DNA from: Pseudomonadota bacterium
Lineage (GTDB): Bacteria > Campylobacterota > Campylobacteria > Campylobacterales > Sulfurimonadaceae
Assembly (NCBI GenBank): GCA_043797085.1
Contig: JAZDQA010000007.1
Coordinates: 64,001-128,000, forward strand
Direction of reading: 5' to 3'
Length of the DNA: 64,000 nt
The notes beneath the pieces were generated by a model. The model saw only the letters and a program-made list of their open reading frames with translations. It had not been told where the DNA came from and did no database searches. Positions 32,116 through 43,332 of this stretch are shown here, piece by piece. The position numbers and the translations under genes were made by a program. The first letter of the stretch is position 1. The number at the start of each line of letters is the position of its first letter.

Positions 32116-32922
32116 ATGATTCAACCTCTTATTCAATACCCCAACCCTGCCATCCGATTAATATCGGCTAATGTCCGTTTCTTTAATGATGAACTCACTC
32201 AATGGATCGCCGATATGCGTGATACCATGATAGCAAACGATTTGGATGCCCTTAGTGCGATTTTGATCGGTATCCAGCAAAGTATTATCGTTATTAAAGA
32301 AGGGGAGAATTATATTCCCTACATCAATGCCCGTTTTATCAAGCACTCTGATATTCAAACACAGACAGAACGAAGTATCTATTATCAGGGCATCAGTGTT
32401 GATGTTGACCGCTATAATAAAGTAACGATTCTCTATGAAGATGAAAATGCCATTCCTTGTCATCGTGATTTAGAGGGTGATGAGGCACGTATGTTTCAAC
32501 AGCATTTGGATTATTGTTTTGGAAGTACGTTTGTGGATCGCGTCGATCGTGAGATGAAACAGCGCATTCATGATCATCTTGAGTTTGGATTGGTAAAAGA
32601 TGGCGGTTCATGTCCTACTGTTTTTTATCGAGACTACTTTAAACGAGGGGCACGATATCTTATAAGTGCACTTACTCTAACTTTAGCCGTTCCATTTTTT
32701 GCTTCAAGACAGATACAGGAGTGGACGTATTTAATGGATAAATATCTCATTGCAGGAGCTTTGCTTTTGATGATCGGATATTTTTTCTATGCACAGTATG
32801 AATCACGGCAATATAAGCAGTGTACCAGTTGCCAAACAGGGAATATTATTGGTACACTTACTATTTTACTAGGGCAGTTGGCGATCGTTTCTCTAGGGGT
32901 GTTTCTTTGGGTTGCACCTTAA
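32116..32922 (+). CDS. Peptide deformylase-like protein with degenerate motifs and a C-terminal membrane domain
   Basis: YPNPAIR, MRDTM, VDRY..V...Y.D PDF scaffold; catalytic motifs altered; three TM helices and CTSC. Confidence 0.7.
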   Translation: MIQPLIQYPNPAIRLISANVRFFNDELTQWIADMRDTMIANDLDALSAILIGIQQSIIVIKEGENYIPYINARFIKHSDIQTQTERSIYYQGISVDVDRYNKVTILYEDENAIPCHRDLEGDEARMFQQHLDYCFGSTFVDRVDREMKQRIHDHLEFGLVKDGGSCPTVFYRDYFKRGARYLISALTLTLAVPFFASRQIQEWTYLMDKYLIAGALLLMIGYFFYAQYESRQYKQCTSCQTGNIIGTLTILLGQLAIVSLGVFLWVAP

Positions 32923-32953
32923 TCGTAATTCAATAATATCGAGGCAGTGTTTT

Positions 32954-34876
32954 ATGGATTTTCCAAATTCTATCCACCTTTATCAGGCAAAAGAGAAACT
33001 TTTAAATGCGAAAGATAGCATTTTAAATGAGTGGATTTCACAACCGCAATGTGCCTTGATATTGGAGAAACATTCTATCGATTCAAAGTGGTTTCAAGCC
33101 TATTATGCAAGTGCCGTTTTTGATTACTTCATGGGAGTTGTTTCAGGCGATATGGAGCTTGGACAATGTCCGGTTATGAAAGAGTTTATCGCGTATCTTA
33201 AAGATCAAGAGATTCGGGCCGATGAGCTTTTTACTTTATGCAGCTATTTTAAACGCTCGGTAATCAATGCGACTTATTTTTTAGATATCAATTCACAAAA
33301 TTTATTTGAAGCTATCAGCTATCTTTTTGATATGAATTTTTCCGGTGTTTTGACTATTTATACAGATACGATTTACCAAAAAGAGCAAGAAGCTATCGAA
33401 GCCAACAAAGCCAAAGAGTATTTTCTTTCCAATATTTCCCATGAAATACGAACACCGCTAAATGCTATTTTAGGATTTGTTAATTTATTGCAAGCTGAAA
33501 ACTTAGGCGAGCGTATAGAAAAATATCTCGATATTATTGCCCAAAGTGGTGAAAATTTACTCCACATTATCAATGATATTCTTGACTTTAGCAAACTTCG
33601 AAGCGGTGAATTTGCTATTGATCCACATCCTTTTAATATCCATGATGAAATTAGCAATACTTTGGAACTTTTTATCCCCAGTGCAAATGTAAAGTCTATT
33701 TCAATCGTCTATTCTATTAATTCAGAAATTCCTCATTGTATACGTGCAGACTCTTTTAGAATTCAACAAATCCTTGGGAATCTTTTGAGCAATGCAATTA
33801 AGTTTAGTCCTTTGGGGTCTTCAATAGACGTGAGTGTTGATGTTAATCGCGCTGATTCTACTCTTGTAATTTGTGTACGCGATTATGGAGTTGGGATTGC
33901 TATTGTGGATCAGGAACGCATTTTTGATCCTTTTTATCAAGCAGCAGAGGGGATGAAATTTGGTGGAGGCGGAAGCGGACTAGGGTTATCTATTTGTAAA
34001 CAGCTTGCTGTTCAGATGGGTGGAGAAATTACATTAGAATCGAAAGTTGATTGGGGAACTCTTTTTGTGGTGACTCTCGCAGTAGAATTTCCTCCTGAAA
34101 AATTTTGTGAGGTCAAATCTTTGCCAAGCAGTATCGTAAGGTTTGTTGGAAATGTTTTAGTTGCAGAGGACAATGAAGCCAATCAGGAATTGATTCGAGT
34201 TACTTTAGAGCGCCATGGACTGCAAGTAACTGTAGTTCCAAATGGACAAGAAGCGTTTGAATATACTTGTAATAATCGATATGATTTAATTTTTATGGAT
34301 GAACAAATGCCCATTATGCACGGACATGAAGCAGTTGCTAAGATTCGTCAATATGAACAACAGCTTCAACTTCCTTCAACTGTGATTGTCGAACTTAGTG
34401 CAAATGTCCTTAAGGGTTCAAAAGAAAAAGCATTACAATGGGGGTACGATGCTTTTGTCGGTAAACCTTTCAGCAGTTGTGAGATAGATAATTTACTGGA
34501 GCGATACTTAGAAAAAAATGGAGTCAGCACTTGTGAATCTAAACAGGAAGAAGCCATTACAGAAGAGATGCGACGTCTTGAAAAAGTATTAATGCTCTCT
34601 CGTGAACAGATTATTCAGTTGTTGATGCTTTTTCATAAAAATATGGCAAAACTGCTGATTGAATTAAAAACAAATATTGAGAAACGAGATTTTGAAGAGA
34701 TTGCACGCATTGCTCACATGATGAAGGGGTCAAGTGCTAATTTTAGATTTGAAGAATTTTCGCATCGAACAGCACTTTTGGAAGATAATGCGCTGCATAA
34801 CAGAGAGTCATTTGATTTTGATGAGGCGTACCATGCTCTTGAATGTGAATATGGAAAACTTTATTCTTCGAGATAA
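32954..34876 (+). CDS. Soluble hybrid histidine kinase (HisKA-HATPase-REC-Hpt)
   Basis: SHEIRTPLN, NLLSNAIKF, GSGLGL, FMDEQMP, AHMMKGSSAN. Confidence 0.92.
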   Translation: MDFPNSIHLYQAKEKLLNAKDSILNEWISQPQCALILEKHSIDSKWFQAYYASAVFDYFMGVVSGDMELGQCPVMKEFIAYLKDQEIRADELFTLCSYFKRSVINATYFLDINSQNLFEAISYLFDMNFSGVLTIYTDTIYQKEQEAIEANKAKEYFLSNISHEIRTPLNAILGFVNLLQAENLGERIEKYLDIIAQSGENLLHIINDILDFSKLRSGEFAIDPHPFNIHDEISNTLELFIPSANVKSISIVYSINSEIPHCIRADSFRIQQILGNLLSNAIKFSPLGSSIDVSVDVNRADSTLVICVRDYGVGIAIVDQERIFDPFYQAAEGMKFGGGGSGLGLSICKQLAVQMGGEITLESKVDWGTLFVVTLAVEFPPEKFCEVKSLPSSIVRFVGNVLVAEDNEANQELIRVTLERHGLQVTVVPNGQEAFEYTCNNRYDLIFMDEQMPIMHGHEAVAKIRQYEQQLQLPSTVIVELSANVLKGSKEKALQWGYDAFVGKPFSSCEIDNLLERYLEKNGVSTCESKQEEAITEEMRRLEKVLMLSREQIIQLLMLFHKNMAKLLIELKTNIEKRDFEEIARIAHMMKGSSANFRFEEFSHRTALLEDNALHNRESFDFDEAYHALECEYGKLYSSR

Positions 34877-35610
34877 TAACCGATTCCCGACGCATTTTTG
34901 ATAACATCAGTGGGGAGCTTGTTGCGTAAGCGCCATACAAGAGTGCGAACGCTGTTGTCGCTGGCTCCTTCTTCCCCCCAAACGTAATCCGTTGCCTGTG
35001 AAAAATCGACAACACTTCCCAGCTGTGCAATCAAAAGATGAATAAAAGCATTCTCTTTTTTGGTGAGTTTTATTTTTTGATCTTTGTAAAATGTTTCTCC
35101 CAAAGAAATGTCATGGCGATAGCCCTCACCGAATTCAACGATAGGCTGTGTAGAGAGTTTTTTAGCATATAGAAGTTTTTCGAGGTGCTCTTTATCCGTT
35201 TTAAGAACATCAACATTCACAAGTCGTTTTTTCTCCTCTTCATAACGGTACAAAGCCATTTGAATGGTTGTGTGAAGATTGAGAGGATCAAACGGTTTCA
35301 CAATGTATCCAAAAGGTTCTGTTTGTTTGGCTTTTGTTAAAATTTCACTATCGGAATGGGCGGTTAAAAAGATAAAGGGGCGAGGCATTTTTTCACGAAT
35401 AAAATTAGCCACTTCAATCCCGCCATCGTGTCGTTTGAGCCCTATGTCGATCAGTACAATATCAGGATTATAAATTTTAATCTTATTTTGAGCACTTGTC
35501 TCTTCATTGGCTAAGGAAAGAACTTCGTAGCCAAATTTTTCAAGTGACATTTTGAGATTAAGCGCAGTTACTTCATCATCTTCAATAATAAGAACTTTAG
35601 TAGTAGACAT
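34861..35610 (-). CDS. Response regulator (REC + winged helix)
   Basis: IIEDD, LIDIGL, KPF; C-terminal RTLVWRLRNKL...GIGY. Confidence 0.9.
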   Translation of the reverse strand: MSTTKVLIIEDDEVTALNLKMSLEKFGYEVLSLANEETSAQNKIKIYNPDIVLIDIGLKRHDGGIEVANFIREKMPRPFIFLTAHSDSEILTKAKQTEPFGYIVKPFDPLNLHTTIQMALYRYEEEKKRLVNVDVLKTDKEHLEKLLYAKKLSTQPIVEFGEGYRHDISLGETFYKDQKIKLTKKENAFIHLLIAQLGSVVDFSQATDYVWGEEGASDNSVRTLVWRLRNKLPTDVIKNASGIGYYLEE

Positions 35611-35819
35611 TGGGTGCTTCTTGATATTTTTTTGACTATTTTATCACATTTTTTTGAATTAAATCCGAAATTATTACAAAATGATGTAAATTTGCTTAAT
35701 ATTTACGTCATACAGGGCAATATAGGGACTTTTAGTTCCTTGGTAATATTGCTATTTTAGGGGAGTTTCAATCCAAAAGAGTATAATCGCGACATTAAAC
35801 CCTTGAATGGATGCTCATA

Positions 35820-37187
35820 ATGCTTGATTTTGATAAATTTACTCGATACTCCAAGCCGGGACCTCGATATACGAGCTACCCAACCGCACTCGAATTCAAT
35901 GATACGTTTGGTTACAATGAGTATCTTGATAAGCTTCATTCACAAGATCCTATGCGCCCCTTGTCGCTTTATTTTCATCTTCCATTTTGTAAAAATGCCT
36001 GTTATTTTTGTGGCTGTAATGTTGTTTTTACTTCCAAAGAAGAGAAAAAAGAGCGCTATATTGACTATCTCACGCGAGAACTTCAAATACTTAGTAAGCA
36101 CATTGATGTTAACCGAAGTGTCATTCAGCTCCATTTTGGCGGCGGTACACCAACATTTTTTGATGCCAAACAGCTTGAACAGATTATTGCAACGATTAAA
36201 AGCACGTTTAAAAACTTTGCAGAGGGTGCTGAAATCAGTTGTGAGATTGATCCAAGACACATTGATGATGCGCAGATGAAAGTGATGAGTGATGCAGGAT
36301 TTAATCGTGTGAGTTTTGGGATTCAAGATTTTGATGAAAAGGTACAAGTGGCGGTACACCGTGTTCAGCCGTATGATATTACCAAAGCAGCAATGGAGTT
36401 GGCGCGTAAATACAATATGGTGAGTGTCAACGTCGATCTCATTTACGGCTTGCCGTATCAAAGTTTAGAGACCTTTAAAAAGACCCTTGATTTGGCAATT
36501 TCTCTTGATCCGGATCGTTTTGCCGTCTTTAACTATGCCCATGTTCCGTGGCTCAAAAAAACTATGCGTAAAATCGATGAGACAACCTTGCCTCATCCAG
36601 CAGAAAAGCTTGCCATCATGCGCTATACGATTGATTATATGACTGCCAAGGGATATCGTTTGATCGGTATGGATCACTTCGCTAAACCTGCTGATGAGCT
36701 CTTTAAGGCGATCGAGAAAGGGGAATTACACCGTAATTTCCAAGGCTACACGACCAAGGGCGGAGCTGATTTGATTGGTGTGGGTTTAACCAGTATCGGT
36801 GAGGGGACGGATTATTACGCTCAAAATTTCAAAGAGATGGAATTATACGAAGAGGCGATTGATGAGGGAAAACTTCCTTATGAGCGCGGTGTGTCGCTTC
36901 ATGCAGATGATCAAATTCGTCAATACGTTATTATGGAGTTGATGAGTAATTTTAAACTGGATATTAAACGTTTCGAGATGTTGTATAAAGTCGTATTTGC
37001 TGAGTATTTTGCCGATGCGATTGAAGCATTGAAGCCATTTGAAGCGGATGACCTACTCACCATTACGACAACTTCGATTGAATGCTCACCGACAGGAACT
37101 TTACTCATCCGAAATATTGCAATGCCGTTTGATGCCTACATGAAGCGTCATGCCAGCAGCGATAAAGCGTTTAGTAAGACGGTATAA
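35820..37187 (+). CDS. hemN: Oxygen-independent coproporphyrinogen III oxidase
   Basis: GPRYTSYPTA, CKNACYFCGC radical SAM motif, HRNFQGYTT. Confidence 0.97.
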   Translation: MLDFDKFTRYSKPGPRYTSYPTALEFNDTFGYNEYLDKLHSQDPMRPLSLYFHLPFCKNACYFCGCNVVFTSKEEKKERYIDYLTRELQILSKHIDVNRSVIQLHFGGGTPTFFDAKQLEQIIATIKSTFKNFAEGAEISCEIDPRHIDDAQMKVMSDAGFNRVSFGIQDFDEKVQVAVHRVQPYDITKAAMELARKYNMVSVNVDLIYGLPYQSLETFKKTLDLAISLDPDRFAVFNYAHVPWLKKTMRKIDETTLPHPAEKLAIMRYTIDYMTAKGYRLIGMDHFAKPADELFKAIEKGELHRNFQGYTTKGGADLIGVGLTSIGEGTDYYAQNFKEMELYEEAIDEGKLPYERGVSLHADDQIRQYVIMELMSNFKLDIKRFEMLYKVVFAEYFADAIEALKPFEADDLLTITTTSIECSPTGTLLIRNIAMPFDAYMKRHASSDKAFSKTV

Positions 37188-37189
37188 GG

Positions 37190-38461
37190 ATGCGTGAACT
37201 TTTTAATTTTACGGAAACATCGGATGCATGTATTAAATGCGGGAAGTGTATTCCCGTCTGTACAATTCACAATGTCAATGCCGACGAAGTAACGTCTCCT
37301 CGCGGATTTATCGATTTACTTGGTGCTTATCAGCGCGGGCAATTGGAACTTGACTTGAATGCCAAAGCGATCTTTGAGAGTTGCTTTTTGTGTACAAACT
37401 GTACCGATGTTTGCCCAAAAGCGCTTCCTACGGATATGGTGATTGAGCAAGTACGTGCGGATATCGCCGATAAATACGGGATTGCATGGTTTAAACGGGC
37501 ATTTTTCTTTCTCTTGCGCCACCGAACAACCATGGATATTCTCTTTAAGCTCGGATACGTATTCCAGACGTGCGGATTTAAGATCAAGGCAGAGCTAAAT
37601 TCTATGCAGCCTCGATTTAATCTTCCCCTCATTAAAAAAGATCGTCTTTTGCCATCCATGGGAAAAACTTCTTTCCTGAACAGTTACCCCGAAAATATTT
37701 CCAATGGCGGCAAACGCCGTGTTGCAATCTTCATTGGGTGCTTGGCAAACTACAACTATACTGAAATAGGGAAGGGGCTTTTAGAGATTCTTGAAGCTCT
37801 TCATATCGATGCTTTTATTCCGAAAAAACAGCTTTGCTGCGGGGCACCCGCCTATTTTACCGGTGATTTTGCAACGGTTGATCATAACGCCAAAAAGAAC
37901 ATCGTTTATTTCGAGAGCTTTATCGATGAGGTTGAAGCGATTATCATTCCGGAAGCAACGTGCAGCGCGATGATTAAAATCGATTATGAACACTTTTTTC
38001 ACGATCAACCTGAGTGGCTGGAACGTGCCAAAAAGCTCAAAAATAAAATCTTTATGGCAACCGAGTGGCTTGAGCAAAAAACTGAGCTTAACGCACTTTT
38101 GGCATCAAAGGGGCGCAGTGATTCTGTAGTAACGTACCATGACCCGTGTCATGCGCGCAAAATGCAAGGGGTATACCAAGAACCACGCCGACTGGTAGCG
38201 CAAAATTACACCATCACCGAGATGAGTGATCCCAATGCCTGTTGTGGATTTGGCGGAGTGACCATGCAGACGGAAAATTTCCATTTTGCCCAAGCCGCAG
38301 GACGTCCTAAAGCTGCCATGATTGCCAAAACCGGTGCCAAAATCGTCACCGCCGAGTGCAGTGCATGCCGTATGCAGATCAACAACTCGATGAATGAAGC
38401 AAATGTGGATGTTGTTTTCAAAAATCCGATCGAATTGATTGCGGAAGCTTTACGAAAATGA
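37190..38461 (+). CDS. Fe-S oxidoreductase with CCG domains (GlcF/GlpC-like)
   Basis: Two CxxCxxCxxxC ferredoxin motifs, CCG, YHDPCH. Confidence 0.85.
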   Translation: MRELFNFTETSDACIKCGKCIPVCTIHNVNADEVTSPRGFIDLLGAYQRGQLELDLNAKAIFESCFLCTNCTDVCPKALPTDMVIEQVRADIADKYGIAWFKRAFFFLLRHRTTMDILFKLGYVFQTCGFKIKAELNSMQPRFNLPLIKKDRLLPSMGKTSFLNSYPENISNGGKRRVAIFIGCLANYNYTEIGKGLLEILEALHIDAFIPKKQLCCGAPAYFTGDFATVDHNAKKNIVYFESFIDEVEAIIIPEATCSAMIKIDYEHFFHDQPEWLERAKKLKNKIFMATEWLEQKTELNALLASKGRSDSVVTYHDPCHARKMQGVYQEPRRLVAQNYTITEMSDPNACCGFGGVTMQTENFHFAQAAGRPKAAMIAKTGAKIVTAECSACRMQINNSMNEANVDVVFKNPIELIAEALRK

Positions 38462-38946
38462 CAACACAGGAAGTTGAATCGTTTTTAGAAACCTTTCAAA
38501 CCCTGATGATGGCGTCTCTGACTCCCGAAGGCGAGCCTCATGCGAGTACCGCCGCTTATGTACGAGTCGGAAATAATTTTTACATCCTCATAAGCACCGT
38601 TGCCCAACATGGGCGCAATTTGTTGGCATCAGGAAAAGTATCATTGCTTTTTACCGAAGATGAGTCGAAAACGCTACAGCCCTTTGCACGCAAACGGGTG
38701 ACGATTGAAGCATATGTCCATGAAGTTGTACGTGAAAATAGCGAATTTGTCTCATTGATCGAACGTTTTAAAGAAAAATTTGATCCAGAGTTAATCGGTT
38801 CTTTGTCCGAAATGGGAGATTTTCATCTTTTTAAACTCTCTCCTAAAAGCGGCAGTGTGGTGATGGGATTTGGTAGGGCGTATCGTTTGGATGAAAACCT
38901 TGAAGTGCTAACACATATCAGTGCTGTGCATCAGCATTCGAAATAA
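38458..38946 (+). CDS. HugZ/HutZ-like pyridoxamine-phosphate-oxidase-fold protein
   Basis: PHAS, IS..A.H..NL, FARKR, DF.LF, GFG.AY. Confidence 0.75.
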   Translation: MTTQEVESFLETFQTLMMASLTPEGEPHASTAAYVRVGNNFYILISTVAQHGRNLLASGKVSLLFTEDESKTLQPFARKRVTIEAYVHEVVRENSEFVSLIERFKEKFDPELIGSLSEMGDFHLFKLSPKSGSVVMGFGRAYRLDENLEVLTHISAVHQHSK

Positions 38947-38961
38947 AGGAATGGGTTAATA

Positions 38962-39786
38962 ATGGAATACTGGAATCATATATACGAGCACTTTAACCCC
39001 GTAGCCTTTAGCATCTTTTCGATTCCTGTACACTGGTATGGATTGATGTATGTTCTTGCTCTTTTATCGGCACTGATGATTGCTAAATGGATTGTCAAAA
39101 AAGATAACATCGACATCACCAAAGATCAACTGGATGATTATTTCATTTATGCCGAAATTGGGGTTATTCTCGGGGCACGATTAGGGTATGTTCTTTTTTA
39201 CGACACCCATACGATGTACTATTTGACGCAGCCATGGCAGATTTTTAATCCATTTATTGACGGGCAGTTTGTCGGGATTCGGGGAATGAGTTTTCATGGG
39301 GCTATTGTCGGATTTTTAATTGGCTCGTATCTCTTTTTTCGTCGCAATGGAATCCCGTTCGGTCGGCTGATGGATTTAGTGGCGGTATCGGTTCCTCTTG
39401 GGTATGTATTCGGGCGGATCGGGAATTTCCTCAATCAAGAGCTAGTCGGACGTGCCACAGATGTGCCTTGGGGAATTTACGTGTATGATACGCTTCGTCA
39501 CCCTTCACAGCTTTATGAAGCATTTATCGAAGGATTCGTTGTTTTTGCCATTATCTATCTTTATCGTAAGCGAAAAGCGTTTGAGGGTGAATTGATTCTG
39601 CTTTATGGTGTGGCGTATGGTTTAGGTCGCGCATTTGTAGAATTTTATCGTGCTCCTGATGCACAGATTGGCTACATTGTGGGAGAGTGGATGACACTGG
39701 GTATGGCACTAAGTCTGGCAATGGCAATCGTTTCAGCCATTATTTGGATTATACTTCGTTCTCAAAACTCTATGCAAAAAGTGTGA
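38962..39786 (+). CDS. lgt: Prolipoprotein diacylglyceryl transferase
   Basis: [34 protein letters not shown]. Confidence 0.97.
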   Translation: MEYWNHIYEHFNPVAFSIFSIPVHWYGLMYVLALLSALMIAKWIVKKDNIDITKDQLDDYFIYAEIGVILGARLGYVLFYDTHTMYYLTQPWQIFNPFIDGQFVGIRGMSFHGAIVGFLIGSYLFFRRNGIPFGRLMDLVAVSVPLGYVFGRIGNFLNQELVGRATDVPWGIYVYDTLRHPSQLYEAFIEGFVVFAIIYLYRKRKAFEGELILLYGVAYGLGRAFVEFYRAPDAQIGYIVGEWMTLGMALSLAMAIVSAIIWIILRSQNSMQKV

Positions 39787-40967
39787 TTTCCATTTTCGTA
39801 GCTATAGTTTAGATGAAAATTATGTAACTCACATACAGATTGGGCAATGTAAAGACCCAATCCCAATCCTCCATCTCCTCGCTCAGTAACAAAAGCTTGC
39901 AGGGCTTCTTCCACAGGACGCTTGAGCGGTTCTCCGCTATTTTGTATGCAGATTTTTTCACTGCTGCACGTTATAACTATCGGAAATGTACTCGCATGAC
40001 GATAGGCATTATCGAGCAAATTTTGCAAGGCACTGGTGAAGAGGACGGGATCAGCCATCACTGTTTCTTCATCTCCGCAAAAAAGTATATTTTGATCTTC
40101 CAATAGCAGGTTGTCCATCGCCAAATTGAGAAGAGTTTTTAGTTTTACTTTTTGAGGGTTTAATGCAAAGGCGTGCATTTTTTCAATCTGTGCCATTTGA
40201 TGAATCAGATGTTCCATGCGTGAGAAAAGTTTACCAAGCAGTGTTGTATTGGTACTTGGCTCTTGAAGTTCTACAATTAACTTGCCTTTGGTAATAGGAG
40301 TTTTCAGCTCATGCATGATGTTACGCAAAAAAAGCTCACGAGACTTTTTGAGGGCACTTTGTCGAAGGAGTGCATCGTGCAAAGCATTGGCAATGAGAGC
40401 AATTTCATCTTTTCCTTTATTGGGAGTGTTTAAAATTTCTTCACCTGCTCCATAGTGTTGTATTTGCTGATATAAATGTTTAAGAGGTCGAAGATTACGC
40501 CATAACAGAAGATACATACTAACAAGACCGCTAAAAAGGGTAAAAAATAAGAGCCATACAAAATAATAAGTATTTCCCTCGACGGTATCGCGGTAAAACA
40601 TAGTACAGTGACTGCGCATAAGGGCATAAATTATCCCTTGGCTGTCTTGATAGATTTGAACTTGAAGCTGATTGGTTTGAAGTTTTTTTTCCATCGGAGC
40701 AGGAAGCTCAATTTTCTTTGCATCGGATGTAATATGGGGTATTTCTTGGAAGCCTTCACGGCTAAGTTCACGAGATTGATTTTTACAACTGTAATTTTTC
40801 AGTATTCCCAATGATTGAGAAAGTTCAATAGAACGATGGGTTAAAAGGCGAAATTTTTGGTGTTTTTGTTCACTTAACGCGGTATTGAAAAGTAACGCTA
40901 AAACAACAAGTGCAATAAAAAAGAAGGCATGAAGTTTGAAAAAAACCGAATGGTAACGTGAAATCAT
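39762..40967 (-). CDS. Membrane sensor histidine kinase (RacS/ArsS-like)
   Basis: Two TMs, [29 protein letters not shown]. Confidence 0.9.
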   Translation of the reverse strand: MISRYHSVFFKLHAFFFIALVVLALLFNTALSEQKHQKFRLLTHRSIELSQSLGILKNYSCKNQSRELSREGFQEIPHITSDAKKIELPAPMEKKLQTNQLQVQIYQDSQGIIYALMRSHCTMFYRDTVEGNTYYFVWLLFFTLFSGLVSMYLLLWRNLRPLKHLYQQIQHYGAGEEILNTPNKGKDEIALIANALHDALLRQSALKKSRELFLRNIMHELKTPITKGKLIVELQEPSTNTTLLGKLFSRMEHLIHQMAQIEKMHAFALNPQKVKLKTLLNLAMDNLLLEDQNILFCGDEETVMADPVLFTSALQNLLDNAYRHASTFPIVITCSSEKICIQNSGEPLKRPVEEALQAFVTERGDGGLGLGLYIAQSVCELHNFHLNYSYENGNHTFCIEF

Positions 40968-41626
40968 TTGCAAAATTGGTACCCCATTCCACGGATGGAA
41001 CGGATGAGAGTAGGGTGTTTGGGATTAGACTCTATTTTCTGACGAATACGGCTGATAAGGACATCAATACTTCGCTCCGAACTTTCCCATCCGATGGACT
41101 CAACATTGTTGGCGATAAAATCACGTGAGATAATTTGACCGCGATGTTTAAGCAGAAGACTTAAAAGCTCAAATTCTGCTCGTGTGAGTATTAAAAGTTC
41201 TCCCTCTTTATAAATACCGTTTTCCTCTACTCGAAATATTTCATTGGACGTTTGGAGAGTTTTGCCATTTATACGGCGAAGGAGACTTTGAATGCGTGCA
41301 ACTAATTCTCGGGGTTCATAGGGCTTGGGGAGGTAATCATCAGCACCCAGCTCAAGCGCGATAACTTTGTCTCCTAAATCACTGCGGGCAGAGGAAATAA
41401 TGATGGGAATACTGCTGCGTTCACGAAGAATTTTGCATACTTCCAACCCATCCATCTCAGGAAGTGTAAGATCAAGCAGTACCAAATCATACGATTCGAT
41501 AGAGAGAGAATTTAACGCTGATTTTGGATGAGTATAGCTAATAACCTCCATCTGATAACGGCTCAAATATTGCGTCAAAAGGTCAGCAATTTCGAGGTCA
41601 TCTTCTATCAGGAGGATTTTGATCAT
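40964..41626 (-). CDS. OmpR-family response regulator
   Basis: LIEDD, DLTLP, GADDYLPKP, RSIDVLISRIRQK, RGMGY. Confidence 0.93.
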   Translation of the reverse strand: MIKILLIEDDLEIADLLTQYLSRYQMEVISYTHPKSALNSLSIESYDLVLLDLTLPEMDGLEVCKILRERSSIPIIISSARSDLGDKVIALELGADDYLPKPYEPRELVARIQSLLRRINGKTLQTSNEIFRVEENGIYKEGELLILTRAEFELLSLLLKHRGQIISRDFIANNVESIGWESSERSIDVLISRIRQKIESNPKHPTLIRSIRGMGYQFCK

Positions 41627-41629
41627 AGA

Positions 41630-42028
41630 TTACTTTTTCTCGTCACATTTTTTGCAGCCCATGCCGCCTTCACCCATTTGAGGCTGTTTCATATCCCCTT
41701 TTGGACACATTTTTCCTTTGCCTTCATTCATCATTATTTTCATCCCGTCGAGCTTAGCGCGTTGCTCAGGAGTAAGAACCGCCATCATTTTTTCGTGCTG
41801 TTTGTTATGAAATGCTTTTCCCTCAGCACGAATAGCTACAACTTGCTCTTTTTGTTTGTCGTTAAGATCCAACTTTTCCATCATAAGAGGAAGCTTTTTG
41901 GTGTCGCATTCACATTTTTGCATCATGCCACCCATGCCGCCTTTATCGCCGCACATTCCACCTTGCATCGGGCATGCCATTAACGCTGTTGCACCTAAAA
42001 TCAGTGCGATACTTAGAATCTTTTTCAT
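41630..42028 (-). CDS. Spy/CpxP-family periplasmic protein
   Basis: Signal peptide, LDLNDKQ and VLTPEQR (LTxxQ) motifs, Met/Gly-rich flanks. Confidence 0.8.
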   Translation of the reverse strand: MKKILSIALILGATALMACPMQGGMCGDKGGMGGMMQKCECDTKKLPLMMEKLDLNDKQKEQVVAIRAEGKAFHNKQHEKMMAVLTPEQRAKLDGMKIMMNEGKGKMCPKGDMKQPQMGEGGMGCKKCDEKK

Positions 42029-42108
42029 TTGGAATCCTTTAGGTTTTGATGATCACATGATAGAACAAATAGGTCAATAAATCAATAACCTAATGTTAAC
42101 AGTGTTAA

Positions 42109-43113
42109 TTAAAATAGATGAGATGGCGGATTGCCAAATTTTAGTAAATCATACGTTTTCGCAGTAGCCACGCGTCCGCGAGCTGTTCTCTCCAAGTAGC
42201 CATTAGCGAGAAGGTAAGGCTCAAGTACATCTTCAATCGTCCCCTCGTCTTCACTGAGTGCTGCGGCGATAGTGCTTAGTCCCATAGCTCGACCTTTGGC
42301 TTCCATCAGCAGTTTTAGCAGACGTATGTCCATCTCATCAAAGCCATGGGCGTTGATTCCAAGCTGATCGAGAGCGTATTGGGATCGGGAGTGTAAAATG
42401 GAAGTCTCATTGGCAACATCCGCAAAATCACGGACTCTTTTTAGTAAACGCAATGCAATACGCGGTGTTCCACGGGAACGCTTGGCAATTTCATGTGCTG
42501 CTTCTTTGTCAATGTTTTTTCCCAGTTTTTGAGAGGCCTGAGTGACAATAATACAGAGTTCTTCCGGAGTATAAAACTGCATCCGAAAGTTCATTCCGAA
42601 ACGGTCTCTCAGCGGATTGGAAAGCATTCCCGCACGAGTGGTTGCACCGATGAGGGTAAAGCGGGGAAGGTCGATTTTTACCGTCTGTGCTGCCGGACCG
42701 CTTCCGATGATGATGTCGAGGCGAAAATCTTCCATCGAGGGGTAGAGAATTTCCTCAACCGCAGGTGAAAGGCGGTGGATTTCGTCGATAAAGAGGATGT
42801 CTCCTTCTTCGAGATTGGTGAGGATGGCGGCTAGATCCCCACTTTTTTCGATCATTGGGGCAGCGGTAACTTTGATATTACTGCCCATTTCGTTGGCAAT
42901 GATGAGAGCAAGAGTAGTTTTACCCAATCCCGGAGGTCCATAAAAGAGAACATGATCGAGGGCTTCACGCCGTTTGGAACTCGCTTCGATAAAAACACCA
43001 AGATTTTTTTTGATTTGCTCTTGCCCGATGTATCCATCCCAGCTACTTGGGCGTAAAGAGGTTTCGGTTACCTCTTCGGCGGTGAATTTCTCGATTTCGA
43101 CTATGCGTTCCAT
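42109..43113 (-). CDS. ruvB: Holliday junction branch migration ATPase RuvB
   Basis: [27 protein letters not shown]. Confidence 0.98.
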   Translation of the reverse strand: MERIVEIEKFTAEEVTETSLRPSSWDGYIGQEQIKKNLGVFIEASSKRREALDHVLFYGPPGLGKTTLALIIANEMGSNIKVTAAPMIEKSGDLAAILTNLEEGDILFIDEIHRLSPAVEEILYPSMEDFRLDIIIGSGPAAQTVKIDLPRFTLIGATTRAGMLSNPLRDRFGMNFRMQFYTPEELCIIVTQASQKLGKNIDKEAAHEIAKRSRGTPRIALRLLKRVRDFADVANETSILHSRSQYALDQLGINAHGFDEMDIRLLKLLMEAKGRAMGLSTIAAALSEDEGTIEDVLEPYLLANGYLERTARGRVATAKTYDLLKFGNPPSHLF

Positions 43114-43119
43114 GATTGA

Positions 43120-43332
43120 TTAAAACTTTCTTGGTATAACAATGGGATCAGAATTATTAATACAATTTTGATAGTGTTGTGTACCCGATATACAGGGATT
43201 GTTTGGGATAGGATGATCATAGCTGTAAAGAGCAGAATTTAAAGGAGTTGAAATTTTATGTTCTTTTGAAAATGACATAGAACACCCTATAAATAATAAA
43301 GGGATAAGTAAAAATAGTATTTTAATAAACAT
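43120..43332 (-). CDS. Putative small lipoprotein
   Basis: Hydrophobic leader ending LFIGC; fills the panB-ruvB gap; start uncertain. Confidence 0.45.
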   Translation of the reverse strand: MFIKILFLLIPLLFIGCSMSFSKEHKISTPLNSALYSYDHPIPNNPCISGTQHYQNCINNSDPIVIPRKF

